From Epithemia pelagica (Eukaryota; Protista; Bacillariophyta), in the NCBI GenBank assembly GCA_946965045.2, contig OX337229.1, forward strand, positions 1,860,001-1,924,000: 64,000 nucleotides of DNA. The letters run 5' to 3'. Under the pieces are notes generated by a model, which worked only from the letters and a program-made list of their open reading frames with translations, did not search any database and was not told the origin of the DNA. Both the position numbers and the translations under genes were made by a program. Shown in pieces: positions 1 through 9,933 of the stretch (position 1 is the stretch's first letter; each line of letters opens with the position of its first letter).

Positions 1-1047
1 AGGACAAGTAAAAATCCCGTGACAAATCTTGTTGGATACGTTCCAACTCTTGACCAGTCAACATGGCCAATTCTTCTTCCATGCGATCGTTCCATTTCTT
101 GACATTTTTCACCTCCAAGGCAATGTCCGTCGCCTGTCCACGAAAAACTTCGTCCATTCCCGTTCGTTGCAACAGGAAACGACTGTTGGGCATGGCCGAA
201 CGTGCTCCCTTGGTCCCCGCGCTGCACAACATGGCTCCCATACCGGCACACAAGGCGAGATTCACTGTTTCAATCTTGCAATTTTCTTTGGTATTTTGAA
301 TCAAATCATAAATGGCCAAACTGGGTCGGAGCAAGCCACCGGGAACATTAAAATACAAACTAATCGCTTGGCGAGGATCTTCCTTTCTCAAATACAACAT
401 GATAGCAATAAATTCATTGGCTGTTTCTTCGTCAATAAATTTGTTCAACATGACGGTGCGATCCCGATACATGGCCGCATTAATGTCCACAAATTGAGCC
501 ACCTGCGATCCAGGGGGCTATATGCCGAAGAAACCGAATAACAACAGCAAGAATAGGAAATCCAATGTCCCATGGATCGAGAACATGTGTGGTCAGAGTG
601 GGATACGAAACAAAGCGTCGTTCTTGTCCTGTACCATGATTCTAGACAGCCGTGCGCGTTGTAGGTCGGTCGATCCAATAACCTTTTTGCACCATCACAT
701 TTCATACATTTGCCAGCACAACAACGTACCTTGTATGGAACCATGGGGGTTTGACTCGGCATTCGCATGGGCTCACGTTTGGTAGAAGTTGACATGGAGG
801 TAGTACTAGGAAAAGGATTGTTGAATCTCCGAAAGGATGACTTCTGGGACAAATCACTCGGGGAACCCAATTTGGGAAGAAATAGCTTACCATCACCATG
901 GTGGGCCATGCGACGGAACGTATTGCCTGGTAGTTGAAGAGTCTTGAGACTGGCCGGTCCGAGGACAAAGGCCGTGGTTGCTTCATGGCCACATAGCAAA
1001 CACAACAACGCCACGATCACACATGCATTCGTCGATGCAAAAGTCAT
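1..1047 (-). CDS. Plastid Clp protease subunit, ClpR-like (non-catalytic); 2 visible exons (1047-729, 517-<1), runs off the window edge
   Basis: Manual translation of the minus strand gives PMVPYK|PPGSQVAQFVDINAAMYRDRTVMLNKFIDEETANEFIAIMLYLRKEDPRQAISLYFNVPGGLLRPSLAIYDLIQ...CAGMGAMLCSAGTKGARSAMPNSRFLLQRTG...SRDFYLS, a ClpP-fold sequence. GT..AG intron 728-518. Signal peptide ending TTA|FVL (bipartite plastid type). Confidence 0.88.
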
Positions 1048-1423
1048 GGTATGGAGGAACACTTTGCTCTTTGATTACAGAGACGGGTGGATATAATATA
1101 CTTCGTCGAAACCTCTTGATGATTCAAAAATGAAAAGAACAAGAGACCAAAGGTAGACCCTCAAAAGATCTCGTGCGCACAGGGGGGCGAAAGCAAAAGG
1201 AGGTGCCAGTCGTATTCCACGTGGGGCCAATGGGGACGATTTTGGGGGAGGGGGAAGCTGACGGGTGGATGCACGGACGGTATCGCAACACGACACAAAA
1301 ATCGGTGTCGCGTTCGTTTTGGATCTCTGTCGCCCTCGCCCCGTAAATCTCAAAATGGGGCAAGGCTACTACAAACGATAACAACGCCACCAAGTAGATA
1401 CAAGAGAGCCTCATTCTTTCATC

Positions 1424-2546
1424 ATGAGTAATGTCCATGGATTGTTCTCCAACAAAAACAATGACGATGACGACAACGATGACGAAAACAATCGTTTCGT
1501 CGGTGGCATTGGAGATCGTGGAGGTGGAAGGTATGTTGTGCTGTGGTGTCTCATGCGTCAATGACAGAAATGTTTGTAACACACGCCACTAGAGGTTGGG
1601 AGCGAAACGTAAAGTCTTTGGCTCGTTGATGAAATTGGATTTCTGGAGCAGAATCTTTCGTAATGAAATGTTCTCTCACCAATGAGTGTTCCTTTTTTGA
1701 CTCGTACGTGTGTTTGCTGACACTCTCCATGCAACACTTGGTTCAATTATTGATTCTGGTCTGCCAAAGTGGTCTCGCGGTGCAACCCAATGTCGATGAC
1801 AGTGACCGAGACCGAGTCTTTGGATTGGCGGAAAATGCGACGGCGGACGACAGCAGCCAAGTGAGGCGCACTATTACCATGGTATGACCAACACATTTCT
1901 CAAACACATGTCTGGAATGTTGTTTCGGGTTGCTCTCACACGCACCCTTGCTGTTCTTGTTTGGTATCCCGTTGGTTGATTGGATCGACAGTACCGCGAT
2001 GGTTTTGTGGTGGACGATGGCCCCTACCGTCGATTGGATGATCCGGCCAATGCGGAATTTTTGCGAGCGCTGGCCACTGGTCGGACGCCTCGCGAATTGG
2101 TAGAGGAAAGTGGTGGACAAGGCAATGTTGTGGTTGGTTTGGTCGACAAACGACAAGAAGAATATGTGGAAACCTTTCGATCCTTTTCCGGACAAGGCAC
2201 GTCCTTGGGATCAACCGCCACAACCGCTGCCGCCAGCAGCGCGAGTGGAGAAGCATCCGATGACCCAAGTGTCTTTTCGGCCGTGGGTGACTCGACACCA
2301 TCTCCTGTGGATGAAACTCAACCCACAACCAGTGTGGCGGTCCGACTGCTGAATGGCAAGCGACAAATTGTTCGTCTCAATTTGACATCGACGGTGCAGG
2401 ATTTGGCCCTCAACTTGCGTGAGGCAGCAGGGGAATCCTCCTTTCGGTTAATGGCCGGGTATCCACCCCAACCATTGACCGATGCCACGGCCACCATTGA
2501 AGCGGCCGGATTAAAAGGGGCCCAAGTATCCATGCAAAAAGCATAG
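1424..2546 (+). CDS. NSFL1C: p47/Shp1-like p97 cofactor (SEP + UBX domains); 3 exons (1424-1530, 1770-1881, 1992-2546)
   Basis: SEP-like YRDGFVVDDGPYRRLDDPANAEFLRALATGRTPREL, SHP-box-like FSGQGTSLG, C-terminal UBX (VAVRLLNGKR...LMAGYPPQPL...AGLKGA). Exons joined at GTATG..AG introns keep the frame from MSNVHGLFS. Confidence 0.88.
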
Positions 2547-2965
2547 CGAGCTTATAACTACCTGATATGACAGACAAGAATTGAGGACGCTCTTCGACAG
2601 TCCTTTTATGACATTAGTAGGTGTATGAAGCATATCTACCAGAACAACACAGAGGATTTGGATTTTCTTGTCTATTTCTCTTTATGCCGTACTTCATGGG
2701 AACGAAGGATTGAGAATAGTGGTAGATGTAAGGATGACCGCTATTCTCAATGACCATGCTTCTCACATGTACATTGGTAACGCTATTCATTCCTCTTGCT
2801 CCGCATCAATGTTGAACGCAGAGAATCTCTCTCGTAGTAATTGAGTGCCAACCAAACTGTCAAGCACATTCCTCTACGAACATTGCTGGACAAAACAAAC
2901 CAGCAGATACATGTCGCTTGCGAGAATGAAACGAGCAACAGTATAACAATGCTTATAGGAAGGTT

Positions 2966-4087
2966 CTATATAATCATACGATTCGGATCGTAGGGAGCCA
3001 ATCCCTTTTGTTTCAATTCGGCCGCCACTTGGACCGATTGGGAATCGGGGACAAACACAACCTTGGCCAATGGATTTTTCAAGACGGCAACTTCAGTGGC
3101 CCGTTTTCGTACGACAAATTGAAAGAGGGTGACCAAATCCACCACTTCAATCCGGGGTGGTACCACTCCCGGATTTTGCGAATCCCAGTCTTTGAGCAAA
3201 TCGTTGGGATTCAAGTACAATCGAACCGTAGAGTCGTCCTTGGAGGGATTGTCCAAATAAAAGAGAGGGACGGAAGCTTGTTCCTTGAATTTGGCATCGA
3301 GAGGAATGGCCGCTTGTCGTTCTTCAATACCAGGAATGAGAGCAATTTCGGTATTGACGGTAGATTCCAAACCTTTTTTGGCATCTTTTTGACTGGTTCG
3401 TTTGCGTGGTTGCAAGGTCAGTCGCATGGCAATGTCGGCTGGAATGGTGGTAATGGTGGCATCCTTCCAAACGTCACCGTATCCACCCTTGTCGGCCGTT
3501 TTTTGGGCATCGGCCAAAACGGTCAAGGCACCGGAAAAGGTGAAAAAGGCATAGCCACGAGCAAAGCCTCCACGATCCGCTTGAAACAACATGTAGGCGG
3601 CTCCTTGCGAATTGACAATACAAAAGGTGGGGACCGCACGCAAGCTTGTCAATAATTCCGACAAGAGGGGAGTGGAGGAGGAGGGTGTCGTATCGGCATG
3701 AGCCAAGGGTGGTGGAACAAACAAGGAAATACAACCCGCAGCAGCAGCAGCAAGAATCGGAAAACACACGTTGGACTGCAAGACACTTCGACGACTGACG
3801 ACAGTGCCAGAAAGAGCGGCTAGTGCGTTGGAGTCCTGTTGGTCTTTGTCATCGTCTTGTTGTTGTTGTCGTTGTTTCATGGCCAATGGCTGAGAGTGTT
3901 GCCTTTGTGGATCCAACAACCAACCACCAGATTGCATTTTCCTGGCTCGTCGTGTGGTCCCTGTGGTATCCGGAACCACAAGACCCATGACCACCCCGTT
4001 GCGATCAATCGAGGGAACCTTTACCAGCAACCAAAGAACGACGAATACGAAACTAGGAAGCAGCGGAGGAGCTGACAAACGGTTCAT
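2966..4087 (-). CDS. Tic22-like domain protein with plastid-type presequence
   Basis: LRAVPTFCIVNSQGAAYML...YAFFT and VPLFY...LYLNPNDL resemble the two halves of the Tic22 family. Hydrophobic N-terminus from Met at 4087. Confidence 0.6.
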   Translation of the reverse strand: MNRLSAPPLLPSFVFVVLWLLVKVPSIDRNGVVMGLVVPDTTGTTRRARKMQSGGWLLDPQRQHSQPLAMKQRQQQQDDDKDQQDSNALAALSGTVVSRRSVLQSNVCFPILAAAAAGCISLFVPPPLAHADTTPSSSTPLLSELLTSLRAVPTFCIVNSQGAAYMLFQADRGGFARGYAFFTFSGALTVLADAQKTADKGGYGDVWKDATITTIPADIAMRLTLQPRKRTSQKDAKKGLESTVNTEIALIPGIEERQAAIPLDAKFKEQASVPLFYLDNPSKDDSTVRLYLNPNDLLKDWDSQNPGVVPPRIEVVDLVTLFQFVVRKRATEVAVLKNPLAKVVFVPDSQSVQVAAELKQKGLAPYDPNRMII

Positions 4088-4520
4088 TTTGTGTGGCTTC
4101 GTTTGTACTGGGGACAAACAAGAGAATGAAAAGATAAACTGTTTGTGGTCCTCTCGTATCTCTTTTCTCTCTCTCTCCTTCGGGATCGGTCGATCGATCG
4201 ACAAGAAGATGTGTGTGACTTTGAGGTGACAAAGCCAGACGTGTGTCTGCCATCACCTTCCAAAAGATCCAATTTCTAGCGTTTTAATTCAATTTTTGTT
4301 CATAGTTGATTCAATGAAAAACCTAATCTTACTGCTGAGAACTTTTTCGAGGGTATCTTTTGACATGTGTCACATCCACCCATTGGCATCTTCCTGGCGA
4401 CTGGATGGCTGTCAACAGTCTCTCCTTCCTGGACTGAAGGAAGTGTTTGTTGGTGCCAAACACCACTCTACTAGAAGATTCTTTCATCGCCGTTGCTATT
4501 TCTCTGAGGTGGTCACAACA

Positions 4521-5789
4521 ATGAGGACTCTTTGGTTCGGCGCTCGGAGAAAGGAGCATGGGCACTTTTTCGGTGGTGCATGGATACAATGGTTCGCCCT
4601 GGTTGGACTGTGTTTTACGCTGTTGGGTGCGGCAATGATACCCGTGACCCATGGATTTGTGGTTGTGGTTCCTACTCCTGCGCCTGTATCCTGGCGAAAG
4701 TCTCTTCCACATTCTTCTACCACGACTACTATCACAGCAAGCATCCATCATCCCTTGCATGGTAGTCCGGATTCCAACAACGACAAGGAGCAGGAGGACA
4801 ACAACGCCCTGAACAAAGTCACATCGTTCTTGAATCCTTACGATTCCAAAATCCCCAAAGAAATAGAGCAAGACATTTACAAAGCCGAAGGCAACACCGC
4901 GGCTGCCAAGGATCGGAGTGTTCGAATCGCTCTGTACGCGACCGTGGCCTTGACCGGATTGGCCATGGCCTTTTTCAATGGATTCTTGTCGGAATTGCGC
5001 AACAGTCCAGCGCCCGTTTCTGTTGTCGACGATTCCATTCAAGTCCCACCCTTTGACTTGCTCAACTCTCCCTTTGCCTGGGTGGATGGCACGGGAGTGA
5101 CACGGTTTTTGTTTCTCAACAAATTGGGTGGTCTCCTGTCCTTATTGATCGGGGCCGGTGCCGGTCTCTTGGCCGAAGCCGAATTTGATACTCGTCGTAT
5201 TAATGCAGAAAAGATTTATCAAGAAATGGAACGACGACGGACCCTAAAGCAAACTGCTTCGCCAAGAGGAGGAGCAACCACCAAGAAGAAGAAACGACGA
5301 GAAGGAACCCGCGAGTCCAAACGCATGGGAGCTTTGGCAGAAGTGGTAGAAGTCCCCGACACCAAAGACACATTTGCAGATGCAGTGGACTCGTCGTCGT
5401 CGTCGTCATCCGATGCTCTGTCCTCGGACGACACTACTACCACAACGCCAACCACGAAACCAGCCGACACTGGTAGTGGTGGTGGTGGTGGAGGCTTGAT
5501 GGATTCTCTCCAGGATTTTTACAAAGAAGCTGACACCATGGCAGCGCAACAAGCCTTGATGCTCAACAAGAAATTGGAAGATGCAGGTGTGTTGGAAAAA
5601 ATTACCGATGAAACTGGGTTGCGAGTCGTCCAGAGCCAGGCAGAAGAAACCGTGTCTCCTGATACCAACCTGCAACAACAAGAAGAAGAAAAAGAAGAGG
5701 AAAAGGGAATGGTTGAAAAAGATTCTAGAACGACGCGGTCCTCCAGAAAGAAAAAGAAACCACCCAAAAAGAGTAAACGAAAACAGTAA
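4521..5789 (+). CDS. Hypothetical membrane protein, probably plastid-targeted, with Lys-rich C-terminus
   Basis: Long ORF with signal-like segment ending THG|FVV, two hydrophobic stretches (IALYATVALTGLAMAFF; LGGLLSLLIGAGAGLLA). No family recognised; start codon uncertain. Confidence 0.7.
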   Translation: MRTLWFGARRKEHGHFFGGAWIQWFALVGLCFTLLGAAMIPVTHGFVVVVPTPAPVSWRKSLPHSSTTTTITASIHHPLHGSPDSNNDKEQEDNNALNKVTSFLNPYDSKIPKEIEQDIYKAEGNTAAAKDRSVRIALYATVALTGLAMAFFNGFLSELRNSPAPVSVVDDSIQVPPFDLLNSPFAWVDGTGVTRFLFLNKLGGLLSLLIGAGAGLLAEAEFDTRRINAEKIYQEMERRRTLKQTASPRGGATTKKKKRREGTRESKRMGALAEVVEVPDTKDTFADAVDSSSSSSSDALSSDDTTTTTPTTKPADTGSGGGGGGLMDSLQDFYKEADTMAAQQALMLNKKLEDAGVLEKITDETGLRVVQSQAEETVSPDTNLQQQEEEKEEEKGMVEKDSRTTRSSRKKKKPPKKSKRKQ

Positions 5790-6339
5790 TGGGAACAAGG
5801 CACTGATCTCCTTGGACAGGTCCAACGGACCATACTGTTGCGGGCCAGAAAAGCATTAATGACGTCCACAGGCCCTTCTCCACCACAGACAAGAATTTGG
5901 CACCTCGACGACGACAACAACAACAATACACGGAATAGAAGCGAAAACGGAGACTATCGACTTCAAGACGGACGGAACCCGAAAAAACCCCAGTACGGGA
6001 GGACAACAAGAACGTCACAAAACAATCTCGATATAAGGGTCAACAAGACACTATCCTTTCTCACATTCAGGACACTGTCGTTTCAGTAAATTAGGGTCTA
6101 TCTAGTAGAGACAGGCATCCGACGGAGCACTCCTTGTTTGTCATTGTCATTCTGTCATGCGGATCTAACGAAACACACGGCAGCAATAGTTGGGATGCTA
6201 CCTGTCGCCATCGGTCATCTCCACACCTAGCGAGATTCCCGACCAAGACCATGACTGACGTCATATTGCTCCAAACCCACATTCATCTCCATCGCACTTT
6301 CGCACTCCTCTTCAAAACTTCTCTCGGGCTGTGTGTCTC

Positions 6340-7821
6340 ATGTCCATTTATCCGTTGTTGGTTTGCCGTCGTGATTGTCTCGTCCTGTTCCTGGTATACC
6401 TCGCAGCAACTTGTTGTGATATTCAAGCCTTTGTAGTTCGTCCCATTTACTTTGGAAATCGATCATTGAAAAGTACGAAAGAAAATCAATTCACTATGGC
6501 GGAAGCAACAACAACAGCGAACGGCATATTGCACCGCATTACGCCCGACCAAGTGTCGCTCGAAATTAAAGATCCAGTGGACGCCAAGGCCTTGGAACAG
6601 GCCAAAGATATCATTAAGGAGCTGCGATTAGCCAATGGAAAGGTGGACAAGGAAAAGCTCATGGAAGTATCGAAGCGATTGGGTGATTTGCCTGCGGATG
6701 CAACTAGTTTCATGGCATCCAAAGAGGATTGCAAGGCGGCCTTTGACGGCTTGTCGGAGCAAGACCGAACCTCCTTGGTCAATATCCACAATCGCGTCAA
6801 GGCCTTTGCAGAAATGCAACGAAAAAGCGTGGTCGATATGGAAATGGACATTCCGGGTGGCAAGGCCGGACACACGGTGAGTCCCTGTCGCGCTGCGGGT
6901 TGTTATGCTCCCGGAGGTCGGTATCCCTTGCCGTCTTCGGTGATCATGACCGCTGTGACAGCACGGGCCGCCGGTTGTCAAACGGTTGTCTTGGCCAGTC
7001 CCAAACCTGCTCCCATTACGCTGGCGGCTGGATACATTTCCGGAGCCGACTACGTCTTGTGTGTGGGTGGTGCTCAAGCCATTGCCACGTTGGCCTATGG
7101 AATTGACGGTGATGAGACTGGTATGCCCAGTTGCGATGTCATTTGTGGGCCAGGAAACAAATGGGTGACGGCCGCCAAATCGATTGTCAGCGGTCATTGT
7201 GGAATTGACATGTTGGCCGGTCCCTCCGAAGTCTTGGTCATTTGCGACGACACGGCCAATGCCAAGATTGTCGCGGCCGATTTGATTGCCCAAGCCGAAC
7301 ACGATGTTGTGGCGCGAGCTATTTTACTCAGTACCTCCTCCACCATGATTGAAGAAATTGATCAAGAGGTGGCACAACAAGTGGCGGCACTGCCCGAACC
7401 CAATCGATCCACTGCCGGGGAAGCCTTGAAACAAAGTTTTGCCGTCCATTGCAACTCGATTGATCATTGTGTTGAAATTTCGGATGCCATTGCGCCGGAG
7501 CATTTGGAGATTCAAACGAAAGACGCCATGAAGGTTGGACAATCCTGTGCCAATTATGGTGGCTTGTTCGTCGGAGAGCATGCGGCAGAAGTACTGGGAG
7601 ACTACGGCGCTGGTCCGAATCATACCCTTCCAACAGGAGGCACAGGTCGTCATACTGGAGGACTTTCAGTGTTCAACTTTTTAAGGATTCGTACTTGGAT
7701 GAGAGTGGATGATCCAAAAGCAAGTCAAACAATGGTCAATGACAGTATTGTCATGGCAAGACTGGAAGGACTGGAGGGACACGCTAGAGCGGCAGAGGGT
7801 AGAAAAATGGCCACTTCGTAG
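6340..7821 (+). CDS. hisD: Histidinol dehydrogenase, plastid-targeted
   Basis: Motifs GCYAPGGRYPLPSSVIM, VGGAQAIATLAYG, GPGNKWVTAAK, IDMLAGPSE, AQAEH, APEHLEI, GDYGAGPNHTLPT. Signal peptide ending IQA|F. Confidence 0.97.
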   Translation: MSIYPLLVCRRDCLVLFLVYLAATCCDIQAFVVRPIYFGNRSLKSTKENQFTMAEATTTANGILHRITPDQVSLEIKDPVDAKALEQAKDIIKELRLANGKVDKEKLMEVSKRLGDLPADATSFMASKEDCKAAFDGLSEQDRTSLVNIHNRVKAFAEMQRKSVVDMEMDIPGGKAGHTVSPCRAAGCYAPGGRYPLPSSVIMTAVTARAAGCQTVVLASPKPAPITLAAGYISGADYVLCVGGAQAIATLAYGIDGDETGMPSCDVICGPGNKWVTAAKSIVSGHCGIDMLAGPSEVLVICDDTANAKIVAADLIAQAEHDVVARAILLSTSSTMIEEIDQEVAQQVAALPEPNRSTAGEALKQSFAVHCNSIDHCVEISDAIAPEHLEIQTKDAMKVGQSCANYGGLFVGEHAAEVLGDYGAGPNHTLPTGGTGRHTGGLSVFNFLRIRTWMRVDDPKASQTMVNDSIVMARLEGLEGHARAAEGRKMATS

Positions 7822-8345
7822 ATTGTTCTATTCCGCGTTTAGTTCTTATCTGCGTTGATGGGGTCTCGAGAGATTCATACGATTTGCCTTTGGACATGGG
7901 AACCAACCTGTAGGGAGCAGCATCAACTACCTACTTTCATCGTGCATTGTACAGCTGCAAGTTTACTTGACATTTGCGGTTTAAAAGCTAACATAATATC
8001 CAACTTCACAGTACTGCAATCACTTACATCGGAATAGAGACTTCCTATTAGGCATCCCATCATTAGAGAGATCGGTATCGAGGCAGGTGGCAAAATCAAA
8101 AACCGTAGGAAGGAAAACAGTTCATGTCCTTAGAAGCTGGTGGAGAGTGTACCGAAATGGCCTGTACTAAGTAGAATAATGATGAGCTTATAATTTCCTT
8201 GATCCTGGTACAAAGTTTAGTCCAAGCGCAGGGCGACTAGAAAGGGGGCGGAGCTAGATTACACCGATCTGCATTTGTTTCTACTCTAGGCAGAATTTCC
8301 CTTGTTTGGTGTGTCTCATTATAACAACCCTTGCATGCTAATGTT

Positions 8346-9698
8346 TTACGTCGTGGACCCAGTGATCACTCCTCCATTATGGCCAAACAAATCCATGATC
8401 TCGTCGTGACGCTGCTTTTTTTGCATGGAGGCTTGCCAAACGACATACTCCTGTAGATTTCGTTTCCCCTCCTCAGACAGACCATCATCAAGGTCCAATG
8501 GTTCAGCCCCAGCTACCATTCGAAAGCCATCATGTTTCCGGCACCAATTGTTGCATGTCTTGAAAGCAAGTAGCATTGGGTCGGGCGCAGGATGCTTGCC
8601 TTGTGCATCATTGTCATCATGCCCAGCAAAAGAAATTTTGAACACGGGTTTATGGTGCAAAGTAGACGGACAAAATGGGACGGATGTCTTTTTTTCCTCT
8701 CGAAATTGTTGATATGCGACAATATCGCCATTGTCTTGGTATTGATTCACTCGATTCGGCGTTTTCTGAAGCACACTGTGACCTAGAAACTCACAAATTG
8801 TAGAGGCCAGTCCCACGGCTGTATGAATTTCGTCGAGCGTTGCTGTCGTCGCAGTTTCAAGTGACACCATAGTCATTCCAATCCGTTGAGAAACGTGGGC
8901 TGACTCGCAGATGACAATGGCATCGTAGCCTTGTCCGGCCCAATTTTTTACCGAGTCGAGAGAACAAATTGGAAAGACAAAAACATAGGGATCATTGTCG
9001 AAATAATGGCCTTGGTTGGACATTCTTACAATGTTACAAAGCAGGTTCCGAATACCGGGGTATTTTCTTTGACGTCTTGCCTCTGAGTCTCTGCACCCTA
9101 ACAAAGCCTTCCTTATAACATCCGTATCCACATTTGTCTCCACATCCAATCCAAGTACGGCGCAGGCTGGATAGTCCCAAGTGAGGGCATGATCTCTGGC
9201 TTTGGGAAGCAAGTGAGCCTTGTCCGTTCCTAATGCTGGTTGTCCAAAAATGTCAACTGGAATCAAATCGTCGTTTACCGTTGTTATGGAATCAGCGACA
9301 CTGGTGGTTGCGAGCAGCGCACCGTTATATGTGTTGACGAATTCGTTCGGTTCGCGGGGGTCTTGCTGGAGCTGAAGTCGATTAAAATCCGGGGCACGCG
9401 AACGCACAACTTTCGCTCGGCAAGTATCCCAATTGCCAAGCTTGATTTTTTTGGTGGAGACCTGCTGCTGAGGCCAAACTTCGTTGACAGTGGCAAAATA
9501 TTTCCCTTGCGCGTGAAGGCTTCCAAATCTGGCCGCACAGGCCACTACCCCTCTACCAGGCACACTCTGGGCAATGTCGTCCCAGTCTACGTCCTCTACT
9601 CGCGCGTTGTTGTTGTCTCGCTGATAGACACTCAGAGCCCTCAGAAGACGATCGTCTTCTGCCTCGGACCACGGTGTCTTATTGATTCGAGACGGCAT
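8346..9698 (-). CDS. N-terminal Myb/SANT domain fused to HNH-like (Crinkler-type) nuclease domain; intronless
   Basis: PWSEAEDDRLLRAL...DWDDIAQSVPGRGVVACAARF is a Myb repeat. DKAHLLP...CNIVRM..QGHYFD resembles the HNH_2 pattern. C-terminal HPAPDPMLL motif. Nuclease call is from motif recall only. Confidence 0.6.
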   Translation of the reverse strand: MPSRINKTPWSEAEDDRLLRALSVYQRDNNNARVEDVDWDDIAQSVPGRGVVACAARFGSLHAQGKYFATVNEVWPQQQVSTKKIKLGNWDTCRAKVVRSRAPDFNRLQLQQDPREPNEFVNTYNGALLATTSVADSITTVNDDLIPVDIFGQPALGTDKAHLLPKARDHALTWDYPACAVLGLDVETNVDTDVIRKALLGCRDSEARRQRKYPGIRNLLCNIVRMSNQGHYFDNDPYVFVFPICSLDSVKNWAGQGYDAIVICESAHVSQRIGMTMVSLETATTATLDEIHTAVGLASTICEFLGHSVLQKTPNRVNQYQDNGDIVAYQQFREEKKTSVPFCPSTLHHKPVFKISFAGHDDNDAQGKHPAPDPMLLAFKTCNNWCRKHDGFRMVAGAEPLDLDDGLSEEGKRNLQEYVVWQASMQKKQRHDEIMDLFGHNGGVITGSTT

Positions 9699-9829
9699 GG
9701 TTGTTATAGCGTTCGTTGTTGTTGCATGTGTGTTGTGTTGTCTTGCTTGGGAAAATCGCGCTTTGCGGTAAAACCTGAAAAGATTATTTTTTCTGCATTT
9801 GACCAATCCATTACCCCCCTAGCGGAATA

Positions 9830-9890
9830 GTGAGTAGTGAGTCCTGGTTGAGTGATTTCTAACTATTCACCAGTGGGACTCACCACTCAC
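9830..9890. repeat. Inverted repeat / hairpin with 15-bp stem
   Basis: GTGAGTAGTGAGTCC (9830-9844) versus GGACTCACCACTCAC (9876-9890): 14/15 complementary, the remaining pair a mismatch (G-U on the minus-strand transcript). Confidence 0.75.
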
Positions 9891-9933
9891 CCTTCCGCTA
9901 CAACACGATAGCGAGGCCAATCAGAATGCCCCA

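Noticed and set aside
29-541. Plus-strand 170-aa ORF and the many similar overlapping ORFs across the window
   Set aside because: Antisense or alternate-frame shadows of well-supported genes, with no motifs of their own.
6256-6263. TGACGTCA (CRE/bZIP-like site) upstream of hisD
   Set aside because: An 8-mer is expected about once per 64 kb by chance, and another copy lies inside copia pol (~36191); no supporting evidence.
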